Assembly: GCA_051047955.1 (NCBI GenBank)
Contig: JBPGPT010000001.1
Location: 1,054,001-1,118,000, forward strand
DNA length: 64,000 nt
Origin: Cystobasidiomycetes sp. EMM_F5
Taxonomy: Eukaryota
Direction: 5' to 3'
Each line of letters starts with the position of its first letter. Within the stretch, counting starts at the first letter, position 1. This document shows positions 24,701 to 36,271 of the stretch, one piece after another. A program made the translations under genes and the position numbers. The notes beneath the pieces are model-generated. The model worked only from the letters and a program-made list of their open reading frames with translations, did no database searches and had not been told where the DNA came from.

Positions 24701-27007
24701 CTCTGATGATGTTCTCGCCAATCTGTCCGATGTAAACCTTTCTCTACCAGAGCTTCTAGGACATCGACAATGTCTTCATCATGCGATAGCTTCTTGTCGA
24801 CAGAGGAGTCTTTGAGGATGCGGTCCAGCCAGCGATCCTCAAGACGCGTTAGTTCCTCGACATATTGATGAACGACATCCGCTGTAATGTATGGTCCTTT
24901 GCTGGCGAGAAGCTTTTCCACGATAGGCCGAACGGTGAGAAGCTCAGGCGGTGTAAGCAGACAGTTCTGATAAAGGCGCGCCAACTGAAAAGCCACCGAA
25001 CGACTCGGAACCCGCTTAAGCCAGGTCATGACGGCGATACGACTTTCGTCATCGTACAAATGTCTTTCTTCGTTTTCCATCGATACGAAGCGAGCCGGTG
25101 GACAGCCGATAGAATACATCAGATTTTCGAAATCGTCGCGGTTCTGCTCGTTGTCAAAGACAAAGCTTATGGCTCGTGAAGTGAAGGCCGACTTTTGCAC
25201 CGCTGTGATTGACGAATCAAATGCCGAAGATCGGATTCGGCCTGCCGCATCGCGGGTACGAGACGACCTTCCCTCATCATCGTCTTGCGGATCGGGTTCG
25301 CTATTGAATTTTTTGCCAGGTAAAGACTCGTAAGCTGGAGCGTGCCGCATAATCAGAGTCACATGATTCAGGTTGTCGGAAACGGACAAGAGCATGAGGC
25401 GGATGGCACTGCTCCGAAACAGAACAGAACGTCGATCAGGTGAATATCCTAGAGCCGCCCCATCCAACGTCTGACTGAGACGAAAGGTTTTATGGCGAGC
25501 ATCAAAGAAGAAGTCGGTGTTTTTTAGCACGGTGATATACTCTGGCGAGTATACGCCATCTCGACAGAATACACCAAATTCTAGCCGCTCCAGCTTCAAG
25601 CTCTCCGCTTTCCGATCATTGATCATACGCTGAGAACGATCTGCTTTCTCGGGGTACGGTACGCGATTGATGTTTTCCAGCACACCATCGTGGGGAAGAT
25701 TTGTGGTGGCGTCGAATTTGATGGGCTGTCTCCCACCAGAGGTACGCACAGTGATGGGTGACCTTGCCGATGGTCCGTACTTGCTCATGAATACATTTGC
25801 TATGTGAACAGTGGGTAGAGTCAGGAATCTGCAGACCGATCAGCTGGTATTCTGAATTATCGCGAAGTGCTGCTAACCCATATCCCGCGTTCGCCTGACC
25901 CCAGCTCAGTGTAGTTCCTCTGCCTTGTGGCAGCTTCAACCTGCAATTTGTCACGTATTTCAGTCCTCTCGCCGCTAAGATCAAGAGTCCGGATGAATAC
26001 TTACCAGAAATTGATTCTATAATCTCTAGTAGAGAAGGGATATTGATGTAAATGCTCGGCTAACACGCTAGCCAATTCATCCTGCTTGACTTCTGGCGGG
26101 ATATTGGAAATACGTATCTCAAAGTGGCGAGGGGCGGTCTGTGGTCCAGTGACGATATCCGTCCGCTGCATCGCTCGCGGCATCGCTTGATTGCGAAAGG
26201 GAGGTATCGGTGGATCCATTTCGCGAGGGGGACGTCGTGGAAGGGGGTGCCTTTGCGGCAGCAGGGCAGTGTTTCTGGGATCGCGGTGCATTTGAGCTCC
26301 ATTCTTATAGCGCGACTTGTCAGCAGCCACTGGACCCATACGTCGAATGGGCTTTGCAATTTCTCCATTCCTCCAGTCTCGGACAGATTGTTCTGCTGAT
26401 GTTGCCGTAGGCGGGGTTGAGAGGCCAGATTTGCTGGCAGTGTCTCCGAAAGGGGACGAACGATTCGTTGCAATATTCGTTGGCGAGTACGAGCTCTTCT
26501 GGCTATTAAAGGCCGTGGTGCCAGCATTGGCATACGCTGTCACCCCATATGCGTGAGGAGCGTCTTCGTTAGAATGGTCATTTGTGCCAGTGTAAGATTT
26601 GGAGGATGCTCTAAGATCGGAGCTGAGCCTCCCATTGGCAGGACGTCGTTCTGGTTCTTCTAGCGTAATAGGCTTGGATGGTAATGACTTTATCAAGTTT
26701 TGTGTAGGGGCATCATTCAAGAGGTAGAGCATCAGCAAAGCATCAGAGGGGTATTCGAGAAAGATACCACGCTTACAGCATGCGGAAGTTGGTGTATTAT
26801 TTTGCGTGGAGACGGTGCGTGGGAATGGCCATTTGTTGTCACTGGCGGAATCTCAGCTAGGAGTTGGTCAAAATCGTCCAGCGCGGAAGCCTCTCCTGCA
26901 CGGTCACTCGAGTACGACTTCCAACCAAACGAGCTGCCATTTGTGCTGGGTTTGCTGGAGACAGCAGAGTAGAAGCTTGTGGCGGATGATCCGACCGCGC
27001 TGGGCAT
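21725..27007 (-). CDS. Cellular RNA-dependent RNA polymerase (RNAi pathway), multi-exon
   Basis: RRM-like N-domain (FEIRISNIP), VIMTPTSMILEGPYSDQSNRPLR, YDFLGYSMSSLR, PARYGARMAQAFTAT, FTDGVGKIS, AFQ|FRLGGYKGVL, LNRPLIKVLEDL, catalytic GDMDGD, ILGKLYR. Confidence 0.93.
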
Positions 27008-28055
27008 AGTTGATGCAAGCTACTGGTTCAGCATGTCCTGCGCGGAAGTGGATCAGGAGCCAGTCTTGGTTTCAGTCAATGGCATTACTTTAAGCGCCGT
27101 CAAGACGGAGCAGAGCCAACAGACGGGGTTGCTTGTTTCTTGTCAGACATGATTCACGTGGTGCCAGCAGCTTTCTCGTCAACTCGGACTCTCACAAGGT
27201 ATCGACCTGCCCAGTTACTGCGCATATTATGATGTAAGGCAGTACTGCTATGTACAATGGAAATCCTACTCGTCTCCGCTGGCCGCGTGATGTCGATACA
27301 ATCGTCATCACTCTCACCAGAAAAGAGATGAAAAGCTTCATTGACGCCGACTGAGCGAGGTCCGCTATACAATCTTGACTAAACTTACCGTCGTCCATCA
27401 GCGCTCTACTGAACATTTCCGCAGATCTCGCCATCATTACTTGAATCTATACTCGAGCCAGCCGGTCGAATCTACAACGCCGGCTAGACGATGACAGTGC
27501 GGGCATTGGACGCTGTCGCCATTAAACGTACGGTAATTGTGTTCCTGTACAGGCAACGTCCTAGGTGTGCAATGGCCGCTGATGATCACTCTAATTCAAT
27601 GTTGGCTTCAACCGACACCGGACGAGACGAGCCTGTAGCGTTGAGAAGTCGACGCAAGCCTATCGATTTCCTGCAGTGCCCGACTTGGTTCTTTGCCTCT
27701 GCTCAATTGGCGTTGCGCTTCACTTTGCTTAGAGGGACTATGCGCTCTACCGCAGCGCGGTCTTAAAACACATACTTACGGGTGTTGTCCAAAAAGGCTA
27801 CCCGCAATCTACAGGAATTATATACTAATTAAAATGACACTTGCCTGCACAAGTTCGACAGGGAAGTCTGCCGCTCACGTACATCTCCAAGAGCGGCCAA
27901 TAAGCCTCTGTTGAGCCGACTAGCAGATGGCGAGCTGACCTCATGGCTAATTCTCGCATCATATGATTCACTGTCACTTCGCATGCTCGGCTCGAGCGAT
28001 TCCTGCGAGACTTACTGCTGACAAGCCGCAATGCGCTCCTCATGCTTCGCTGATT

Positions 28056-28454
28056 ATGGACAATAGCACAGACCCCACACCTGGAGCAGTCCGTTATCTG
28101 CACTATGGAGGTTTCACCATTGGGAATTCGATTGTTGGACGCGAGGCCGATGACGAGGCAGTCAAGAACGACTGGTCTTTCATTTCGACTGCGGTTCAGC
28201 TTTACAAAGCGACATCGGAATACAAGGTACCCGTACAGGAATTCGAGCTCGAACCTCTACGATTCGCTTCGCAAGGCGTCAAGGCATCTCGTGACGATTT
28301 CCGCACCAGTCTTTTTGAATCCATCGTTATCGACTCGCTCGGATTTACCTGCCTCAACACTGCCCCCGCTGGCTTCATGCGAGAAGCCCTTCCTGCAGGT
28401 TACATCCCCATCAAAACTCGACATGCAAATCGTGGTGCGGTTATTGATTCATAA
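28056..28454 (+). CDS. Hypothetical protein or gene remnant with GIY-YIG-like motif spacing
   Basis: 132-aa ORF from ATG 28056 with LHYGGFT...R and FESIVIDSLGFTCLNTAPAG. Upstream sequence looks degenerate. Confidence 0.35.
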   Translation: MDNSTDPTPGAVRYLHYGGFTIGNSIVGREADDEAVKNDWSFISTAVQLYKATSEYKVPVQEFELEPLRFASQGVKASRDDFRTSLFESIVIDSLGFTCLNTAPAGFMREALPAGYIPIKTRHANRGAVIDS

Positions 28455-28489
28455 TTTCTTAATGGGAAGTACAATGAGTAAACTGTTTT

Positions 28490-28564
28490 GGTCGCATAGC
28501 TCAGTTTGGTTAGAGCATTGTACTAATAATGCAAGGGTCGGCAGTTCGAGTCTGTCTGTGATCA
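28490..28564 (+). tRNA. tRNA-Ile (AAT), intronless
   Basis: Cloverleaf: acceptor GGTCGCA/TGTGATC, D arm GCTC/GAGC, anticodon arm TTGTA-CTAATAA-TGCAA, T arm GGCAG-TTCGAGT-CTGTC, discriminator A. Confidence 0.95.
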
Positions 28565-28570
28565 TTTTTT
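28565..28570 (+). terminator. RNA polymerase III terminator (T6)
   Basis: TTTTTT immediately follows the tRNA. Confidence 0.85.
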
Positions 28571-28679
28571 GAAGGTCGAGAGAGCTTACACCCTTCCCCG
28601 CTTTTTGCTTGACGCTTTACAAAAGTGTTTGCGTATGGAAGCGCGATCACGCACGAAAAGAGCGGCATAGCCATCGAAC

Positions 28680-28805
28680 ATGCGTTGCCGTTTCACGCAA
28701 ACTGTCAGAATAATGCCGTGACTTTCCGTTATTATCAATAATGTTGCCGTTTCACCCAAAACCTTTCGATATCGATAATGCCGTGATTATCCGTTATTAT
28801 AAATA
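28680..28805. repeat. Imperfect direct tandem repeat, two copies of ~61-65 bp
   Basis: Both copies share TTGCCGTTTCAC(G/C)CAAA and ATAATGCCGTGA(C/T)T(T/A)TCCGTTATTAT(C/A)AATA. Confidence 0.85.
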
Positions 28806-29027
28806 TCACTCATTGACACCTTTAGAAAACCCAGAGATACTGTGGATCTTGCATACATCAACTCCATGCGCCAAGCTCAATAGTAATTCCAATTGAAAAA
28901 GGACAATAATTTCTTCCCAATCATCGCCGGACTATTTGGCCAAATGATACAGGAGGGCGAATCCATATAAATGTATACGCTACTTTTCAACGACAATATT
29001 CGCCAGAATGACCATTCCACACCAATA

Positions 29028-29340
29028 CTACCAGCCCTTAACCGGAATCCACACGTCCTGAACCTTCGTATCTCCATCGACAATAAGGAACCAGGGGTGT
29101 TGCGCTGCGGTTAGGCATGCATGTTGAGATACAATTCTCACGTACTGACCGATCTCGGGCAATGCACCTTGTCCTACGAGAATACCGTGCTCTTGTGAGT
29201 TCCTTCCCAAACTGCACCCATCAAGGCTTTTCGGAGACACTACTGCACCACAACCTGGGATAGGACCGGTATCTTTCGACATGCAGATTGCGCCTGCGTC
29301 ACAGACGGCTTCGTTGCGCTCTTCGTACGTTGACAGGACG
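29028..29340 (-). pseudogene. Orphan C-terminal fragment of a D-serine dehydratase (DSD1-like, fold-type III PLP enzyme)
   Basis: VLSTYEERNEAVCDAGAICMSKDTGP...SQEHGIL...HACLTAAQHPWFLIVD...DVWIPVKGW*. No N-terminal PLP barrel (FRxHVKTHK) is recognisable in the ~700 bp before U2AF1. Confidence 0.75.
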
Positions 29341-30036
29341 GGCGCTCGCTCTCTCAGCAAACGATCAAGACACTAGTCAAAAACCGGCAACACACTCTGT
29401 CGTTTCAGTCAGCTTGGCGATGATAGCCTTGCCGCACACAGCGAATGCATTGTTGGCGCATTTCTCAGTAAATTCGACGGTTTCAGAGTGTTTCCTGATG
29501 GCTAGCCTGCGAGCTGAAATGAATCATGCCGATAAAGCAATTCCAGTGTCATCAGTATTTTGTACGAAACATTCAGCGAACAGTCGGTCAGTAAGCGGTC
29601 AGAATAATATGCCTTAGCATTCTAAACAGGGACTTCGCTCGTTTCAGATGTAGCTGTTTGTCATTGCTGGTTCAGAGATCGGAATGGCCGTACAGAGCGT
29701 CATTTCCAATCATTTCGTTAGTGACAGAAACCTCCTTAGTAATCTATCTGAGCTGCTCGACAGAGATTAGCAGAAGAAGCGATGTGAACACATGTTGACA
29801 TCAATAATTTCGGGAAATTACCAAAAATTACTTTATTGTCAGCGGAGGAGCGTCTGCTCACTGTAGGTGTAGCATCACCAACATACCGAATGGAAGCTTT
29901 AAGATGATACGTCGAAGCTTTGAATTCCGTCTCGAGCGCGTGCTGACAAAGCCGGCGCCAATCGAACGAACCAGAAGGACAATTGCAACAACCGTTCACA
30001 TTCCTACTCCCTGCTACAGCCTCAACTCGACAAGAC

Positions 30037-30918
30037 ATGGCTGTAAGCTTCTATGCATGTGCTGCGAGACTAGGCTAACAATCCTGTTCTCAGTCCTACT
30101 TGTCGTCAATTTACGGCTCAGAGCAGGACAAGGTCAACTGTTCATTTTATCTGAAAATCGGAGCGGTAAGCAAAGTCATTGCCCAGTAGACGAGCTCCGT
30201 CCTGACGTACATGTGCACAGTGTCGGCATGGCGACAGATGCTCGCGAAAACACATAAAACCGCAATTTAGCCAAACTCTGGTCATTTACAATATGTTTCA
30301 CAACCCGTTACACTCTGGAAATGCCAATATGACGGAACAGGAGGCAAAGGAGTACTTTGAGACCTTCTACGAGGATGTCTTCTGCGAGCTTGTCAAATTC
30401 GGAAACCTGCTGGAAATGCATGTCTGCGACAATGTCGGCGACCATCTTATAGGCAATATCTACGCTCGATACGAATGGGAGGACGAAGCCCAGACAGCCG
30501 TAGATGCTCTCAACCAACGATGGTACTCTGGCAGACCCCTCTTCTCGGAACTTTCGCCAGTAACGGACTTTCGCGAAGCATGCTGTAGGCAAAACGACCT
30601 TGGCGAATGCAATCGTGGAGGATTCTGCAACTTCATGTAGGTACTTCCTAACAATCAGCGCCGCAACAAAGCACTGATTGCGTGGACGTCTCTGTACAGG
30701 CATCTTCGCGAACCGCCGACTGACATGCTCAAAACGCTCCATCATCAGCAACGTCTAGAAAGACGCTTGCATCCTACCGCGCGAGACTTGGAACGAAAGA
30801 AAGAAGTGAGTCCTACACTACCGTGTTGCTCAGTTTACATAGCTGACCGCTATGCGATTAGATGGAAATGTTTAGCTCTTCATACGGAGGCAACGATGAC
30901 CGGGATCGCAGACGGTGA
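30037..30918 (+). CDS. U2AF1: Splicing factor U2AF small subunit
   Basis: MA|SYLSSIYGSEQDKVNCSFYLKIGA|CRHGDRCSRKH; UHM VCDNVGDHLIGNIY; ELSPVTDFREACCRQ...CNRGGFCNFM|HLR. Confidence 0.96.
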
Positions 30919-31053
30919 CAAGCAGTATCCAAATCCATAATTCGCGCGGCCTGCTTGCCTGCTCAGTAACAGAGTGAGCTGATTGATGTTGTATTCTATG
31001 CATTGCTCTATCTATGTGCATGATATTTGACTTTGAATGAGATAGCACACCAT

Positions 31054-34000
31054 CTACTTTGGTGTGGAAGGCTGACTTTGCGACTCGCTTTCGTCATAAC
31101 TTGGCAGTCCTACACTCAGACTCAAGGGCACCACACCTCCACCCAGGAAGCCTCGGCGCGCCATGTCATAACTCGGTACCTGGGACAGGTACTTTTGGCC
31201 GGTCGTGTCGCGCTCTGCTGCAGTGTCGTGATGATCATGGTCGTGGTCGTGATCGTGATCGTGATCATGGTCATGGTCGTGGTCATCGTCGTCGTCCGCA
31301 TGCAAGCTTGCGAAAGTTGTCTTCTTCTTGCTTTTGGATCCGAATCCGAAACTGGCCTTCCCCTTGCCCTTCTTGTCTCGCGCTTGATGCGCCTCCAGTG
31401 CGGCTATGGTTTGAGCTGCTACGTCACCAGAACTAGGGTCGATGGATGAACTCCCAGCACGGGAACGTGGTGGAGAATGCTGAGGCGTTGCTACATCAGC
31501 TTGAATACCGTCATCGTGCAATGCAGAAGACGACGAGTTCCGGGAACGGCCTGAATGCAGGAAGCTGCTCAAGGCATGAGGCAGATGCGGTCTGTCATCC
31601 GAGTGATGTCCGGAAGACGACTTCAGCGCCTTCGGCATATGAAAGAATCCCGAGCTGGTGCGGTGGCCATCACCGAGTGCAGTAAGAGTAGGGTTGGACC
31701 TGTTTCGCGGAACATTCGCAGAGTCTGCAGGTTCGCCGCGCACAGGAGAACTCGCGCGTGAGGTCGGGCGACTCGAGGGCCTCGAAGACGGCCTGGATGT
31801 TGGCCGACTCGTATTGGGCGATGAGTGATGCGAAGGGCCGCGCGAGTGCTCGCCGCTGCCGGTCTGGGCACCTTGCTGTGGCAATGTCAGGGACAGCGAA
31901 TTCAGTAACTCCGCATCCGCCCAATTAATATTCCGAGCAGGGTCAGGGAAGTAGCCACCAGTCAAAGTGGGCGACTGCGGTCGAGACGGTACTGGAGATG
32001 CCCAAGGACTGCGTGCGAAGCTGGCAGCACTGACTGCAGAAGGCTGAGAGCCGGTGGAATTTGCAGAGGCAGTATCGATGTTTGCGATGCGGTCTCTGAC
32101 GTGCTCTTGATAACTAGGCAATTCAACCTGTTGTATCCCTTCTGCAGCAGGGATCAATGCTCCAGTAGGACCAAACAGTAAGGACCTAGTACCCGAAGAT
32201 GCAAGCCGAGCTTCCTGGCTGAGATAGGAGGAAAGCATAATGATTGGAAGAGCGCAGCGTAGCTCCGAGACGTGCCCGTCTGGGTTCTGTATGTAGGCTG
32301 ACCATTTCAGCTTGTGGGAGACGACAATAGGCTGTATCAGGCCGTGCGTCAGCGGGGGGCACAAATGGTTATGGAATGGCTTTCCACCAACCTCGATACT
32401 GTGAGAAGGTGTGACGGCCAGGGGAATCTGTATTTCGACGTGAGCGTCAATGTCCGCGTCCAGAGAGCCATCCTCATCAATGTGGCCCGCGAAGTCGGGA
32501 TCCGCGGTATTACGTCCGTAATAGACGCGTTCAGGCGAAGCAGGCCGACTTCCATGACGGCTATTGCTGGTTGAGGATGATGCAGATGCACCGATGCCTA
32601 TATTGGAGACCCCAGCGGTACTTGCTTGCGCAGCGGCAAGAGCGTTCTGTATCGCAGAGGCAGACACACCAGAGGACGTAGTATGCAGGCCGTTTGTCTG
32701 GTCTGGAGTATGATGGCCGGTACGAGATCTTGAGGAGGTCCCGCTAGCTGACTGATGATGATCATCAAGAGCTAGACGGTTGGCGTGATTTACCAAACCG
32801 GAAACATCTGCGTGCGATGTCGTCCTCGATACAGGAGCCGACACAGGCTGCATGTTGAACAGAGTGCTGCCGTTTGGTGTGATGGAGGTTGCTCGTGACA
32901 CGAAGCTGTGTTTTTTGGTATAGACATCACGCTGCGTGCTGTGGGGCTGCCCGTGCTTGTCTAGTATAGTGACATGCTCTTTGATCGTTGTGACTAGTTG
33001 GGTCACTTTGATACCCTTGCCGATTGGCGTAAATTTGAGAGCGCTAAAGAAAACAGAATTAGTGGGTGACCAGACTCTACTATGCTTTGCGACGTACACT
33101 GGGATACTGTCGCCGATGCAAAAAGCCTTGTGTGGTAGAGTCAAGCTGTACATGATCTTTCCCGGCCACGTGTTTTCAATCTCTAGAGTCTGGACAAACT
33201 CCCCAGACTCCGGATGCAAGCCTCGGATCAGGGTGACTGGGCGTTTCGTAGACCATTTGTGGCCGAATACACCGAATCCGCCCGCTTTCACCGCAACAGC
33301 TTTCAGCTGGTAAGTCAAAATCGAAGAACCGTTGCTGACGCGCAGACTGGCGGGAAGCGCTCCTGGTATCTGCAATGAGAAGGGAAAGCGGTGGACACCT
33401 GCTCTGAGCGTATGTGAGTGATGGCTATGATGGCCGTGATGTTTGGGTTTTTGAGTTTGATAGTGCGGGTGGGCGTGATCGTCTGTTGTACTGTTGGGGT
33501 GATTGTTGGACAGGAAGCCAGGCATATTCTGTGTTATAGCGCCCGGAGTGGATGCTGGAGTGGAGTTGGCGGAACCTGTCGATGCAGCGTGTTGGAAATG
33601 ATCGCCCAAGCTCGATGCGCTTTGACTTGTGCTGGACCGGGAAAAGCCTGGGTGGTGTTCTCCTCGGTGACCGTCCTCGAAGTCGGGAAAGAAGCTTTGG
33701 TCATGGAAGTATACGGGTATGTCTAGCGAGTGGTACTTGTAACCTCCACTACTTTCCGAGTAGGTGATATGAGCTCTGCGATTCGATAACATGGCGTGCG
33801 AAATGATGTGTGGTAGCAAAAGTAGGTCAGAAGCCGTCAGCACTCCGTCGTTCGTATGATCTTCCTAGATAAAGTTCCGGGTATAGCTGACCTGCCGGAA
33901 AGTTCGAGCCTGATGTCTTTGATGTCTGTACGCTCGTGCAGATCTAGCACGACTGATCCTGCAAGGGTTACTGGCTCGGCTGCGACATTCAAATGCACGA

Positions 34001-34159
34001 TTAGCTGTTTGGACTTCAGGAAGAAAAATGACGCTGTCCAAAGCCAGGGATTCGGGCATTTCGCGCAGACTGCGACGACTCACGCTCATCGTCGCCAAGC
34101 GCACGTATGACGACCTGACCAGCCTCGTCGTCGAGGTGTATCGAAAGCGGCTCCTTCAT
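31054..34159 (-). CDS. Alpha-arrestin (Rod1/CreD-like Rsp5 ubiquitin-ligase adaptor)
   Basis: MKEPLSIHLD...|EPVTLAGSVVLDL; LRAGVHRFPFSLQIPGALPAS; LEIENTWPGKIMY; HKLKWSAYIQNPDGHVSELRCALPI; (L/V)PSY PY-like motifs x3. Confidence 0.88.
31228..31277 (-). repeat. Coding (His-Asp)n repeat inside the arrestin
   Basis: Imperfect 6-bp tandem repeat encoding DDDDDHDHDHDHDHDHDHDHH. Confidence 0.85.
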
Positions 34160-34738
34160 GCTGGCTGCCTTGCGTCAACACGATAGGGGCGGTGACCAGC
34201 GATGACAGCGGAAAGACCCAGCCGCCAATCCGGGTAACTTTTGCAGGACTGGGCCAATGAATATCCGTGCTACTTTCAGGTATGTATTGGCAGAATTGCT
34301 GGGTATGGTCCTCGAACTTGTCCGTCTTCGAAGCTCGTCAAGCTGGCATCCGCCGGCGATACGGACGTGATGGCTGCAGCTCGGCAGCGTCGACTTGGGC
34401 GGTCTGGTCTGATGGCAACTAAAGTGGCAGATTGCAGAGTAGCCTATGCAGTATCAGGACAGAATACAATTCCTCGCACAGCTTTTCGACATGCCTGAAC
34501 GTGGCGCAATCAGTGATAAGGAACTTGGAAAATTTTGTGCAAATTGACCGAGAGGTGGAATTAACTAATGCGGCGCGGAACAATCGCAACCCGCACGAGC
34601 ATGATGTACCATCGCCAGGATCGCCTTGGACAACCGAGACATAGCTGATACTCAGACACGTTGTATTGCGAATTTATACACGAATTGTACCGCAAGTACA
34701 GCAGGCTCAGTAGAAGCTTGATGCTCTTAGCATCTTCA

Positions 34739-36271
34739 TTAATCTCGCTTGTGATGTCCACCAGATGTTGCACCGCTCATTGCACTCAGAGTACTGGGCA
34801 GCGGCTCACTTCCCACGCTGCCGAGAAGGGCGACTGCAGAGATGCAGATGAATACCAAAAGGAAGACTGAGCCGACCAGCAAGAAGGTCTGGCTTGACAA
34901 ATCTTCCTTCTGGCACATGGACCCGCCATAGTACCGATTTCTTCCCGAAGTGTCTTTTGTCACAGCACATTGGCACACCCAGCATTCAGTTCCTGATGTC
35001 GTTGCTGGTCCGACGCGTCGACCTTGCACGCATGCACCATGCCCAGAGCACGATGCCGTACTGTTCGAGCACTGGTCTTGCGAAGTGTAACACAGTCCGC
35101 CTGTGGACACGATCGGTCTCACACCAGGGGACTGCGCTTGTCGCTTTCTCAGAGAGTAGGGCACAGTGGAGAAGGCATCCACAGATTGTGACGCTGGCCC
35201 TCGTAATCGCTTGCCATCCGCTGAATGGGAAGGAGGAGTCATGACGAAGACAATCTTGCCAGCATGGGATCGCACGACGGCCTGTATCGATCGAGAGAGT
35301 GGCATGTCAGCTTTTGCGAAGCGATTCTTTTTATGCAAAGCAATTCTTCTTATGCACTGTATGCAAACTTACATCTACACTCAATCTTAACATGTCTCTA
35401 GCCTGTTGCACTTCTTTTGAATCCCGCCCGAACTTGTGAGCAATGCGAGGCACGCCGGTCAGATGAACGTAGCCTGTCTCGACGCCATCTTGCACCGCTG
35501 CCAGACTTGAAAGCGATTCCATGTACGATTGAAACGCCTGTCGTAGATACCAGAGTCAGTACGCTAATAATGCCCATGTCCTGTGCCAGCGGAACCCACC
35601 TCGTCCTGCATACTTGGCTCGAGCGAGTAGTCTCCGTTGAATGACCCCAGTAGAAATCGCTTTGCCTTGTCCATTCGCGCCGTGCTTTCCGAGATGTAAT
35701 GGCTGATTGCACTCGACAGTCTTTCGCTGTATAGCCTCGCGAGCCCAACCCAGGCCTCTGTTGATGGTGATCTATCCACTGTCATAGAATGTACGACTGG
35801 CTTGACAGTCAATGTGTCTTCGGAGAGATAGTCTGTTTGCACCTCGTTTCGTCAATTGCGCAGCCCGTCATTCGAACCTCATTACCCACCTTCGATACTC
35901 CCATCCTTGCTCAGCTTATCCGCAATAATGATGAGCGGCTGCTGCGTATTCTCGCTGTATTGCTTGTGGCTCGCAGCATAAACGACCTGATCTGGCACTT
36001 CGAGGCCATCCCGGAGGTACTCGTACTCATCGACGCCCAAGAACGCAGAGACGATGGCATTCGCATCTGAGGCTGATATTGGCTTGCCTGGTACGGAAGT
36101 AGCAGCTGCAGTGCCGCTCTGCAACTCGCCCAAAGGCGGCGATAAAAGGTGGACCGTCGCTCGCTGATGCTGATGCTGATGATGGTGCTTGGCCGATACG
36201 CTCACTGACAGGAGCAGAGCTGGCAAGGCCGCGCAGCATAACGACGTTGACGCTCGCGGTGCAAGTCTCAT
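34739..36271 (-). CDS. DUF3844 (Vps3844-like) type I membrane protein
   Basis: Signal peptide; C-terminal CSNSTASCSGHGAC...CWVCQC...YYGGSMCQKEDLS followed by a TM helix and EPLPSTL. Confidence 0.82.

Noticed and set aside
21725..27007. RdRP as an endogenous viral element
   Set aside because: It has the cellular DxDGD double-psi-barrel motifs and many spliceosomal introns, not a viral GDD palm.
28680..28805. Repeat-spacer-repeat pattern as a CRISPR array
   Set aside because: Eukaryotic context, only two degenerate units, no cas genes.
31027..31449. Val-rich hydrophobic ORF
   Set aside because: It is the antisense shadow of the arrestin His-Asp repeat.
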